A stretch of DNA of 64,000 nt from Salinispira sp. (GTDB lineage Bacteria; Spirochaetota; Spirochaetia; DSM-27196; Salinispiraceae), in the NCBI GenBank assembly GCA_965602015.1, contig OZ271918.1, positions 672,001-736,000 of the forward strand, read 5' to 3'. Under the pieces are notes generated by a model. That model was not told the DNA's origin and did not search any database. It was given only the letters and a program-made list of their open reading frames with translations. Every line of letters starts with the position of its first letter. Positions within the stretch are counted from its first letter, which is position 1. Position numbers and translations under genes: made by a program. This document shows positions 40,608 to 49,259 of this stretch, piece after piece.

Positions 40608-41765
40608 ATGAAATCAAAAAGTGAAATACTGGCGTTTGTCGATGACGAGCCGCAGGTACTAAAGGCGCTTAAACGTGAGATGGGCGAGTTTTGCCAACAA
40701 CTCGGACTTGAAATTCAGACTTATGAGAGCGCTGCCCGATGCAAGGATGCAGTTGATGCCGATCCCGGTCGGTTTGCCATAATCATATCCGATCTGCGGA
40801 TGCCCGGAACCAAGGGGAGCGATTTCCTCGTGGAGATTCATAATGCCTATCCGGATATCGCCCTTATGCTGCTCACGGCCTACAACGATATTCCCGAGAT
40901 TCAAAAAGCAATATCCGCCACCTTGAGAGCCCTTATCACCAAACCGTGGAATCCAGACATCCTCGAGTCGGAAATCGAGGACGCCATGGAGTACCGGAGA
41001 ATTCGCTGGGAGAACAGGGAATACCTAAAAAAAATAAATCATCAGCTCGACCAGGCTTCGGAGTTTCAAAAGAATCTCCTGGAGACCCGGATTCCCAAGC
41101 TCGACAATGTACGGGTGGACCTGAGTTACCTTCCGCACCCGTCCATGAAGATAGGAGGGGACTATTACGATATTATCAAGCTCGATGACAGGCGCTTTCT
41201 CGCAATGATCGGTGATGTTACGGGACACGGAATTCGCCCCTCGTTTATTACCGCAATGATAAAGGTGATCACCCTTTCCCTGGGGGCCGCGAAAAACAGC
41301 GAAGCCATTAGTTCAGGAGGCATGCTGACCGCCCTGAATAAACGCCTCTGCGCAATCCTGGAAAACAGCAGCGATATTCTTATTACCTTCAGTTGTCTGC
41401 TCATCGATACCGGGGCGATGACCATGCAGATATCCAATGCAGGTCATTTACCGGTGTACCTGGTTAATTCCGGAGGTGAAACAGAACACCAGGTGGATGG
41501 CCCTGCCATGGGCTTCTCTCCGGAGTTCAGGTATCCGGAAAAGGACGTGGCCTTGTCTCCCGGGGACACCATTGCGGTGTACACCGACGGATTGCTTGAG
41601 ACCCAGCAAAAGCACAGTAAAATCAATGCGGAGGCGGTAAAGCGCTTTTTCCGCCTGGCTAAAATGGATGAGGATTTCAACGGCACATTCATTTCCCAGC
41701 TAAAAATGGTGCGGGGTTCCGATGAGTTTTTCGACGACGTGACCCTTCTTTCAATTACCTTGTAA
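40608..41765 (+). CDS. Response regulator with PP2C/SpoIIE phosphatase output
   Basis: VDDE, SDLRMPG, KPW; GGDYYD, GDVTGHG, YTDGL, DDVTLL. Confidence 0.9.
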   Translation: MKSKSEILAFVDDEPQVLKALKREMGEFCQQLGLEIQTYESAARCKDAVDADPGRFAIIISDLRMPGTKGSDFLVEIHNAYPDIALMLLTAYNDIPEIQKAISATLRALITKPWNPDILESEIEDAMEYRRIRWENREYLKKINHQLDQASEFQKNLLETRIPKLDNVRVDLSYLPHPSMKIGGDYYDIIKLDDRRFLAMIGDVTGHGIRPSFITAMIKVITLSLGAAKNSEAISSGGMLTALNKRLCAILENSSDILITFSCLLIDTGAMTMQISNAGHLPVYLVNSGGETEHQVDGPAMGFSPEFRYPEKDVALSPGDTIAVYTDGLLETQQKHSKINAEAVKRFFRLAKMDEDFNGTFISQLKMVRGSDEFFDDVTLLSITL

Positions 41766-41811
41766 AAGCCCCGCTCGTCGGGGAAAAAAGGGAATGTGGT
41801 TATCAGGATGT

Positions 41812-41850
41812 AAAAAAAGCGGTTCCGCCTTTTAAGCAGAACCGCTTTTT
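41812..41850. terminator. Bidirectional terminator between convergent genes
   Basis: A7-GCGGTTC ... GAACCGC-T5. Confidence 0.8.
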
Positions 41851-41869
41851 CACGATAGGCACGGGCCCG

Positions 41870-43516
41870 TTAGTATGTTTTTATTTCCTTCCACACATCA
41901 CGGCTGCGCTTTTCCAGTTCGGCTACTCCCGACTGCGGTATGGCCGCCATGGTTTCCCGGGCTTCCTGCATGAGGTACGAGTAGCGCGCCCGGTCGGCTG
42001 TAGATATCGCCTTTCCGCTTCGGGCCTGCCAATCGAGATATGATGCGCTTGCAAGCAAGGCAAATGCCGCAAGATTGAGTCTGGTCATTGATCGAAGGAA
42101 ATACTCCTTGGTCGCAACCTTTTTACCGTACTTGCGAAGACCGAGGGACGCGAGTTTGCGAAACCGTTTTTCCAGGAGCCGGGCCAGTTTTACCCCCTCG
42201 CTCAACTGGCTATCGCCGAAGGGGCTTGACCCGATGCGCGCCTTGGGAAGGTCAAACAGGACTGCGGATTTTGACTTCTCCCCGCTTTTTATAAGCTTTC
42301 CCCAGGTCCTGAAAACCGTCAGCGGCGGATAGATGGAGTGAATTTCGCTCGTGCCTTCAAAGATGGTTGTGACCCGGAAATCCCGCATCCGCTTCTCATA
42401 CGGATGGGTCTGAAGAAATCCCGAACCTCCCGCGGTCTGCAGGGCGTCGTACAGGGTATTCCAGCACTGATCGGTCCCGTACAGCTTGGTGTGTGAGCTT
42501 TCCATGGCGACGTTCATTAAGTGATCGTCTTCTATCATTTTTGCCGTGAAGTAGGTCATGCTCCGCGATGCGAGCCAATGGGCGTCTCCCCGGGTCACCT
42601 TCTCCTGTATCAGTTCGAATTCCCCTATGGGCATTGCGAACTGTTTACGGGTAGCCGAACGTTTTAGCATGTCTTTCACGCTCTGCTTCAGCAGTCCCGC
42701 CGATGCGGCTCCCAGACCCAGACGGCCGTAATTAAGAATATTCATGGCGACCTTGAAACCGTCGCCTTCTGCAGCAAGAAGATTTTCTGCCGGCACTTTG
42801 ACATCCTTGAAGCGCAAAGAGCTGGTGGAGCTGACTTTCAGCCCCATTTTGGGCATGTCGGCTCCTACGCTGACTCCTTCCCAGGCCCGCTCTACGATAA
42901 ATGCTCCCATATAACCCGGCCGATTTTCCGGATCAAGCTGGGCAAAAACCGTATAGCCGCCGGCGTAATTCCCGTTGGTGATGTAGGTTTTTGTGCCGTT
43001 TAACACGTAGTGACTTCCGTCCGTCGAAAGCTTCGCATTGGTCTCCACGTGCTGGGCATCCGAACCGGTCCGCGGTTCGGTGAGAGCGTAGCCGAAAATC
43101 ATGTCTCCGCTGGCTGCCTTGGTGAGATACTCGGTCTTTTGCTTCTCGCTTCCGTAGAGGATTATACCCTTCAAGCCGATGGACAAGTGGGCCAGGGGAA
43201 CCAGCACCAAGGCCATATCGGCCCTGGCCATCTCTTCTACGACCCGAAGATATTCGCTTATGGAGAATCCCAATCCGCCGTATTTTTTTTCGATTAACAG
43301 CCCGAATAATCCGATATCTCTCATGCCCTGCATGAGTTCATCCGGCACTACTCCCTGTTTTTCGATGTCCAGGGCCGGGAATCGGGCAATCAATGCATTG
43401 TATTTTTCCATAAATGCGCCGACTTTTTTCTCATCAATCGATGAACCATAATCCCGGACAAGCATCGCGGGGTCGTACTCTCCGGAGTACAGTTTTTCAA
43501 AGAATCCGTATTGCAT
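41870..43516 (-). CDS. Acyl-CoA dehydrogenase (long-chain/VLCAD-like)
   Basis: YALTEPRTGSDA, NGTKTYITNG, LNYGRLG, RKQF, IFEGTSEI. Confidence 0.92.
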   Translation of the reverse strand: MQYGFFEKLYSGEYDPAMLVRDYGSSIDEKKVGAFMEKYNALIARFPALDIEKQGVVPDELMQGMRDIGLFGLLIEKKYGGLGFSISEYLRVVEEMARADMALVLVPLAHLSIGLKGIILYGSEKQKTEYLTKAASGDMIFGYALTEPRTGSDAQHVETNAKLSTDGSHYVLNGTKTYITNGNYAGGYTVFAQLDPENRPGYMGAFIVERAWEGVSVGADMPKMGLKVSSTSSLRFKDVKVPAENLLAAEGDGFKVAMNILNYGRLGLGAASAGLLKQSVKDMLKRSATRKQFAMPIGEFELIQEKVTRGDAHWLASRSMTYFTAKMIEDDHLMNVAMESSHTKLYGTDQCWNTLYDALQTAGGSGFLQTHPYEKRMRDFRVTTIFEGTSEIHSIYPPLTVFRTWGKLIKSGEKSKSAVLFDLPKARIGSSPFGDSQLSEGVKLARLLEKRFRKLASLGLRKYGKKVATKEYFLRSMTRLNLAAFALLASASYLDWQARSGKAISTADRARYSYLMQEARETMAAIPQSGVAELEKRSRDVWKEIKTY

Positions 43517-43534
43517 TGTATGTTCTCCTTTGTG

Positions 43535-45808
43535 TTATACGAATATGCCCTGTTTGCCCTCAACCCTGGATACCAGGCCGGGCGCAGGGCTAAATCGGGA
43601 GTCAATTCGGGTTTCCAGACTCCTACTCATTTCGAGGAGGGTATCAAGTCCCATATTCTCGGCGGTCTTCAGAAGCCCCCCCCGAAAAGCGGGAAAACCT
43701 GTTCCGAATATCATGGCCAAATCAAGCATGCCGGCGTTTTGAACTATCCCGTCATCGAGGCAACGCAGCGCTTCATTGATCATCATACATAACGGACGGT
43801 TTATCAGGTCATCTTTGCCCGGCGTTGAAGCAGAAGCGCGCCGGCTTGAGATAATTTTCTGCATTGCGGGATTAACATTTTTGCTGCCCTTATCGTACAA
43901 ATAGAAGCCCTTCCCGTTTTTCTTTCCCAGCAGCTCAGGGTGATCAGCGAGGGCGGTAAGCATCGGGGCCGCCTTCATTCTGTCGGGGAAGGCCTCTTCA
44001 AGAATAAGCGCCACATGCCGGGCAACATCAATCCCTATTTCATCAATGAGGGTGAAGGGGCCCATCGGCATCCCCCATTTCTTCCACAATGCGTCGGTCT
44101 CGCGGATGTCAGCTCCGTCGGATAACAGATATGCCGTCTCGTTCAGGTAGGGCATAAGAATGCGGTTTACCAAAAATCCCGGACCGTCTTTTACAAATAC
44201 CGGCGTCTTCTTCAGCTTGAGGGCGAAGCGGGCAATTTCAATTGCGGTGTGGGGATCTGTTTTTTCCGAAGAGATGACTTCAACAAGGGGCATTCGGTTG
44301 ACCGGGTTGAAGAAGTGCATCCCCGCAAAGCGCTCGGGATGCTTGAGGGAGCGTGACATTTCATTCACCGAAAGGCTCGACGTATTGGAGGCGATAATAC
44401 TGCCCTCATCAATATGGTCTTCCAACTCTGACAGGACGGCCTTTTTCACCGCCATTTTTTCCACCACGGCTTCAACAACAATATCCGCCCGGGTGAAACT
44501 CTTGTAATCAAGGGTGCCGCTTATGCGATGCATGCCGAGGCCGATTAGTCTGTTGTCTACCTTCCGGATTTTTTTGAGCTGCCGATAGATTTTCATGGCT
44601 GCATCCCAGCCCTTTTGCACCGCATCCCAGGCGATATCCTTTAGCGCAACATCATAGCCCCCGTTGGCAAAGAGCCAGGCTATGCCGCCGCCCATGACTC
44701 CGGCGCCGAGGACCCCGGTGTTCTCGATTTTTTCCGGGAGTTTTGCGCTTCCCGCGGCGGCGCCGGCACCGGGAACATCGCCGGGTTGGGGAAGCTTTTT
44801 ACTCGCCTCCGAAAGGTAGTATATGTCTATGAGATTTTTGCTGATATCACTGACCGCAAGCTCGGCAAAACGCTCAGCTTCGTACACCAGCCCTTTGGCA
44901 AAGTTCCCGCCCAAGGTTTTTTTTATGGTGGCGATTGCGGTCAGCGGGGAAGGGTAGTTCCCCAGGGTTTTGGCAAGAACCTGCTTCTTTGCGGCATTGA
45001 GAGCGAGATTTCTTCCGAGTCCCGTTCTATTGAGAAACCAGCTTTTTTTCGGGTACTGAATTTTCCCCCGCTTTACCAGCCGGATATAGGGGTATGCATC
45101 TTTTCGGACCTGGAGCTGCCAATTTCTTCCCCGGTTCACGGCGGTTTCATAGACGCTGCCCAAAGCCGGGCGTTTTGAGAGTAAGCTGGGGTGGAGTTTC
45201 CTGATTTTCGCGGAAAACTTCTCGAGGAAAAATTCGAAGTACCCTTCCGGTACCATGCGGTCTGCAAGACCGGTTTTTTCCGCTTTTCGCGCATCGAAGG
45301 TCTTGCCGCTGAGTATCATCGGAAGCGCCTGGGTGATATCAATCAGTCTGGGCAAGCGCTGAGTCCCGCCGAATCCCGGCATGATCCCGAGATTTACCTC
45401 CGGAAGGGCGATTTTTGCCTTGGGGCTGTCACCGACAACCCGGAATGTACAGGCTAAGGCCAATTCGGTGCCGCCTCCCATACATGCCCCGTTGATGAAT
45501 GCCAGGCTGGGAAAGGGCATAGTTTCCAATCGATTCAGTACGTCCTGACCCATCTTCGCTTTTTCATAGGCCTCTGCTGTCTCGCGGATATCGCGAATCT
45601 CATTAATGTCGGCCCCGGCAATAAAAATTCCCGGCTTCGCGCTGTCAATAACCAGAAGGTGAAGGTCGCTTCGGTTCTGTAGTTCGGCAAACTTTTCATC
45701 GAGGGCCCTCATGACCTCGGTGCTGAGCAGGTTTACCGGCTTACCTTCAAGGTCGAGGGTGATTCTCGCAAGTCCGTCCTCTTCGCGGAATGTAAAAAAA
45801 CTGTTCAT
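43535..45808 (-). CDS. fadJ: Fatty-acid oxidation multifunctional alpha subunit (enoyl-CoA hydratase plus 3-hydroxyacyl-CoA dehydrogenase)
   Basis: FIAGADI, GGGTELALAC, LPEVNLG; GAGVMGGGIA, SNTSSL, GMHFFNPV. Confidence 0.85.
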   Translation of the reverse strand: MNSFFTFREEDGLARITLDLEGKPVNLLSTEVMRALDEKFAELQNRSDLHLLVIDSAKPGIFIAGADINEIRDIRETAEAYEKAKMGQDVLNRLETMPFPSLAFINGACMGGGTELALACTFRVVGDSPKAKIALPEVNLGIMPGFGGTQRLPRLIDITQALPMILSGKTFDARKAEKTGLADRMVPEGYFEFFLEKFSAKIRKLHPSLLSKRPALGSVYETAVNRGRNWQLQVRKDAYPYIRLVKRGKIQYPKKSWFLNRTGLGRNLALNAAKKQVLAKTLGNYPSPLTAIATIKKTLGGNFAKGLVYEAERFAELAVSDISKNLIDIYYLSEASKKLPQPGDVPGAGAAAGSAKLPEKIENTGVLGAGVMGGGIAWLFANGGYDVALKDIAWDAVQKGWDAAMKIYRQLKKIRKVDNRLIGLGMHRISGTLDYKSFTRADIVVEAVVEKMAVKKAVLSELEDHIDEGSIIASNTSSLSVNEMSRSLKHPERFAGMHFFNPVNRMPLVEVISSEKTDPHTAIEIARFALKLKKTPVFVKDGPGFLVNRILMPYLNETAYLLSDGADIRETDALWKKWGMPMGPFTLIDEIGIDVARHVALILEEAFPDRMKAAPMLTALADHPELLGKKNGKGFYLYDKGSKNVNPAMQKIISSRRASASTPGKDDLINRPLCMMINEALRCLDDGIVQNAGMLDLAMIFGTGFPAFRGGLLKTAENMGLDTLLEMSRSLETRIDSRFSPAPGLVSRVEGKQGIFV

Positions 45809-45919
45809 TGTTATAATCCTCGTTGCTGCATGAAAATATCGTCCTGTTATTCGCGATACAAGTTACACGAAATAGATTTCGCGAATAGTGTATCGCGTAA
45901 AAATTGTCTTCCGTGCTGG

Positions 45920-47218
45920 CTATGATACCTCAAGCAGCAGGCTTCCGCCCTGGCCGCCGCCGATGCACAGAGTTGCCAGTCCGGTATTCTTCCCCTGGCG
46001 CCGCAGTTCCCTCAGCGTGTGTACGGCAATCCGGGTCCCGGTAACGCCTACCGGATGTCCCAGGGCGATGGCTCCTCCCTGCAGATTCATTTTGTCCCGG
46101 TCAATTTCCCCCAGGGCTTTATCCATGCCGAGGTATTTCTTGGCAAATGCGGTGCTCGAAAATGCCCGTTCGTTTCCAATAATTTGAGCGGCGAATGCTT
46201 CGTTCATTTCTATGTAATCTATGTCGGACATTTTTACCCCGCTCCGCTTGAAGAGCTTTGCCGTTGCATACGTGGGTCCCAAACCCATGCGTTCGGGTTC
46301 CAGGCCCGCATAGGCCCAGTCTGTGAGGTAGCCCAAAGGCTCGAGTCCGCGTTTTTTGGCGTCGCTCTCCCGCATCATGATAACTGCGGCGGCTCCGTCG
46401 GTAATTGGGCAGGCATTGCCGACCGTAACGGTGCCGTTTTTCTTGTCGAAGTACGGGCGAAGTTTGCCCAATGCTTCCATGGTCTGGTTAGCTCTGGGAC
46501 CTACATCCTGATCAAGCACGGTTTTGTACTCGGGCATGACAGGCAGGGGAATTATTTCTCCATCCAGGTGATTTTCTTCAGCAGCCCGCACTGCCCGTTG
46601 ATGGCTCATGAGTGCGTATTCGTCCTGCTCATCCCTGCTGATAGTAAATTCCTTGGCCAAATTTTCCGCCGTGAGTCCCATAATCAGTCCGCTCACCGGA
46701 TCGGTTAAACCGTGCATGACGCCGATTTCCGGCTTTAGCATGCTGAGCTTGAAGGAAAAAAGGGTTCCGAGTTTTTGGAAAAACGTCTTCGAGCGCATCA
46801 TCTGTTCCATGAATCCGGTAAATTGCTTGTTAAAAAAGAGGGGGATATTGCTCATGCTTTCGGCGCCGCCTGCCAGGTATATGTCTCCCTCCTGCATGAT
46901 GAGCTTGCTCGCCGCGGTGGTCATGGATTCCATGCCGCTGGCACAGTTCCTGTGAACCGTGTACGCGGATATTGAATTAGGCATGCCCGCCTTGAGGGCA
47001 ATGACCCGGGAGATATTGGCGGCGTGGGCGGGCTGGGCCACATTGCCGATAATGACTTCGTCATACTCTTCCGGTTCTATCGGGTTTCTTTCGAGGATCT
47101 GCCTGACGATATAGGCCCCCAGATCGTCAGCCTGAGTGTTTTTTAACGGACCCCCGGCTTTTGCCATAGGGGTCCTGATGCCGTCGATGATGGCAATCCG
47201 TTCCTTGGTAAAATTCAT
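45920..47218 (-). CDS. fadI: 3-ketoacyl-CoA thiolase (FadI type)
   Basis: RNCASG, MNEAFAAQ, GHPVGVTG, CIGGGQG. Confidence 0.85.
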   Translation of the reverse strand: MNFTKERIAIIDGIRTPMAKAGGPLKNTQADDLGAYIVRQILERNPIEPEEYDEVIIGNVAQPAHAANISRVIALKAGMPNSISAYTVHRNCASGMESMTTAASKLIMQEGDIYLAGGAESMSNIPLFFNKQFTGFMEQMMRSKTFFQKLGTLFSFKLSMLKPEIGVMHGLTDPVSGLIMGLTAENLAKEFTISRDEQDEYALMSHQRAVRAAEENHLDGEIIPLPVMPEYKTVLDQDVGPRANQTMEALGKLRPYFDKKNGTVTVGNACPITDGAAAVIMMRESDAKKRGLEPLGYLTDWAYAGLEPERMGLGPTYATAKLFKRSGVKMSDIDYIEMNEAFAAQIIGNERAFSSTAFAKKYLGMDKALGEIDRDKMNLQGGAIALGHPVGVTGTRIAVHTLRELRRQGKNTGLATLCIGGGQGGSLLLEVS

Positions 47219-47290
47219 TACTGCTCCTGTTTACTGAGGTACCGGGGATATCTTGCATCCCCGGCAGCGGTGACCGTCAGCGTGATGGGT

Positions 47291-49057
47291 TTACTTCCAG
47301 CCCCGCTGTATTTTGTACATGTCGTTGATGAGATTCGAATATTTTTCCTCAATGAAGAATCGGCGCACCTTCATGGTCGGGGTGAGCTCTCCATCTTCAA
47401 CGGTTGCCTGGTTGTGAACCACCCGGAAATCGGCGATGTGCTCGCAGTGATGGTGGTGCTTGTTCATCTCCATGATGTAGTCTTCAATTTGGCCGCGGAA
47501 ATACTGGCTGTCGAGAAACTTATCGTCGTCCACATCCTGCATACCGGCCTTTTTCTTTAGGGCGGGCAGTTTTTCGTATTCAGGGAAGATAAGAGCAGTA
47601 ACGTAGGTTCGGTTATCTGCCACTACCACCGCTGTTTCAATGCCGTTCATTTTTACCAGTTCGTTTTCCAGGGGAACCGGAGGAACGTACTCGCCGGTTG
47701 ACTTTTTGAATAACTCTTTTTTTCTGCCGGTGATGGTGAGATAGCCGTCTTCATAGCTTCCCAAATCACCGGTGTGCAGCCAACCGTCGTTATCTATCAC
47801 CTCGGCCGTGGCGTCGGGTCGGTTATGATACCCGCGCATAATGTTGGGTCCCTTGGCAAGCACTTCGCCGTCCTCGGCAATTTTTATTTCCACACCGGGA
47901 AAGACCGGACCGACGCTTCCGATTTTCCGGTGACCCGGGTAGTTAGCCGCAATTACCGGAGAGGCTTCGGTAAGACCGTAACCCTCGTATATGTCGATAC
48001 CGCAGTTCACAAAAAAGGATGCAATTTCCGGCGCAAGCTTGGCCGATCCTGAAATTGACATGCGCAGCCGACCCCCGAGGGCATCACGAAACTTTCCATA
48101 CAGCAGTTTGTTGAACAGGGCTCCCATCAAACCCTTTTGAGCGGTACCAGGTTTCTTGGTTTCTGCCCTGCGGAACCCTGCTCTGGCGATAAGCCCGGAG
48201 ATTCCGGTTTTTTCCAGAACGCCTTCCTGCATTTTCAGATAGACCTTCTCCAGAATTCTCGGAACCACAGTCATCATGGCCGGTCGCACGCTCTTGGCGT
48301 ACTTGCCGAGCATTTTGGGATCGTCGGCGAAGTAGATCGGAAGACCGGAGGAGATGTAAAAGTACATTACCATCCGCTCGAAAATATGAGCGAGGGGCAG
48401 AGCGGAGAGAATAATATCATTGCTCCGTGTTTCATAGCGCTGAGCCGCCGCGTGCACCTGACTGATGATGTTGCGGTGGGTGAGTTCTACTCCCTTCGGC
48501 AGACCGGTGCTTCCGCTGGTGTAGATAATTGTTGCAAGATCGTCCTGGGAAACCTTGGCGACCAGGCTCGCAAACAGTTCAGGCTGGGCTTTTTCTAATT
48601 CCTGACCCTTCCTGATGAGCGAATTGAAGTGGTCATTGGGAAAGCCCTTGCCAAAGGTAATCTGCTCCTTGAGATGCTTATGGGTGGCTTTGATGTTGGG
48701 TAGCTCATCCAGGTTTCCGATGAAGATGTACTTCATTGCCGAATCGCTTATTTCATGACCGAGGGATTCGATGCTTATTTTCTTGAAGAGGGGAACCGAA
48801 ACTGCCCCCAGGCTGACGGTGGCCAGATCGAGAATAATCCACTCCGGTGAGGACGGAGCCAGAATTCCGACGCTATCGCCCCGCTTCACACCCATATCAT
48901 GCATACCCAGTGCCAGCCACACAACGTGGTTGCGAAACGCGCCGCTTGAGTACATTCGCCATGACTCGCCCTCGGGGTACATTAATGCCCGCTCAAGGTT
49001 ATAATTATCAGTGGCGTGTAAAAACAGCTCCGGTAATGTCGTGAAATTCCGACTCAT
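47291..49057 (-). CDS. fadD: Long-chain fatty acid-CoA ligase
   Basis: YTSGSTGLPKG, EGYGLTE, GWLHTGDLG, ELTPTMK. Confidence 0.88.
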   Translation of the reverse strand: MSRNFTTLPELFLHATDNYNLERALMYPEGESWRMYSSGAFRNHVVWLALGMHDMGVKRGDSVGILAPSSPEWIILDLATVSLGAVSVPLFKKISIESLGHEISDSAMKYIFIGNLDELPNIKATHKHLKEQITFGKGFPNDHFNSLIRKGQELEKAQPELFASLVAKVSQDDLATIIYTSGSTGLPKGVELTHRNIISQVHAAAQRYETRSNDIILSALPLAHIFERMVMYFYISSGLPIYFADDPKMLGKYAKSVRPAMMTVVPRILEKVYLKMQEGVLEKTGISGLIARAGFRRAETKKPGTAQKGLMGALFNKLLYGKFRDALGGRLRMSISGSAKLAPEIASFFVNCGIDIYEGYGLTEASPVIAANYPGHRKIGSVGPVFPGVEIKIAEDGEVLAKGPNIMRGYHNRPDATAEVIDNDGWLHTGDLGSYEDGYLTITGRKKELFKKSTGEYVPPVPLENELVKMNGIETAVVVADNRTYVTALIFPEYEKLPALKKKAGMQDVDDDKFLDSQYFRGQIEDYIMEMNKHHHHCEHIADFRVVHNQATVEDGELTPTMKVRRFFIEEKYSNLINDMYKIQRGWK

Positions 49058-49259
49058 ACATCCTCCTCTTTATGAATAAATAATGAATGATGGTTCAATA
49101 TTTAAAGTTTACAAGTGAAGTCAGGAAATGACAAGGAAAAAGTGAACGACTATTCAGTAATCCTCTGGGGTCATAGCATTCGGTCCCTTCCAATGGGAAA
49201 GCGATGTTGAAATTATGTTCTTTTCAGAGGGAGGATATTGAAATACACTGATTTGTATT

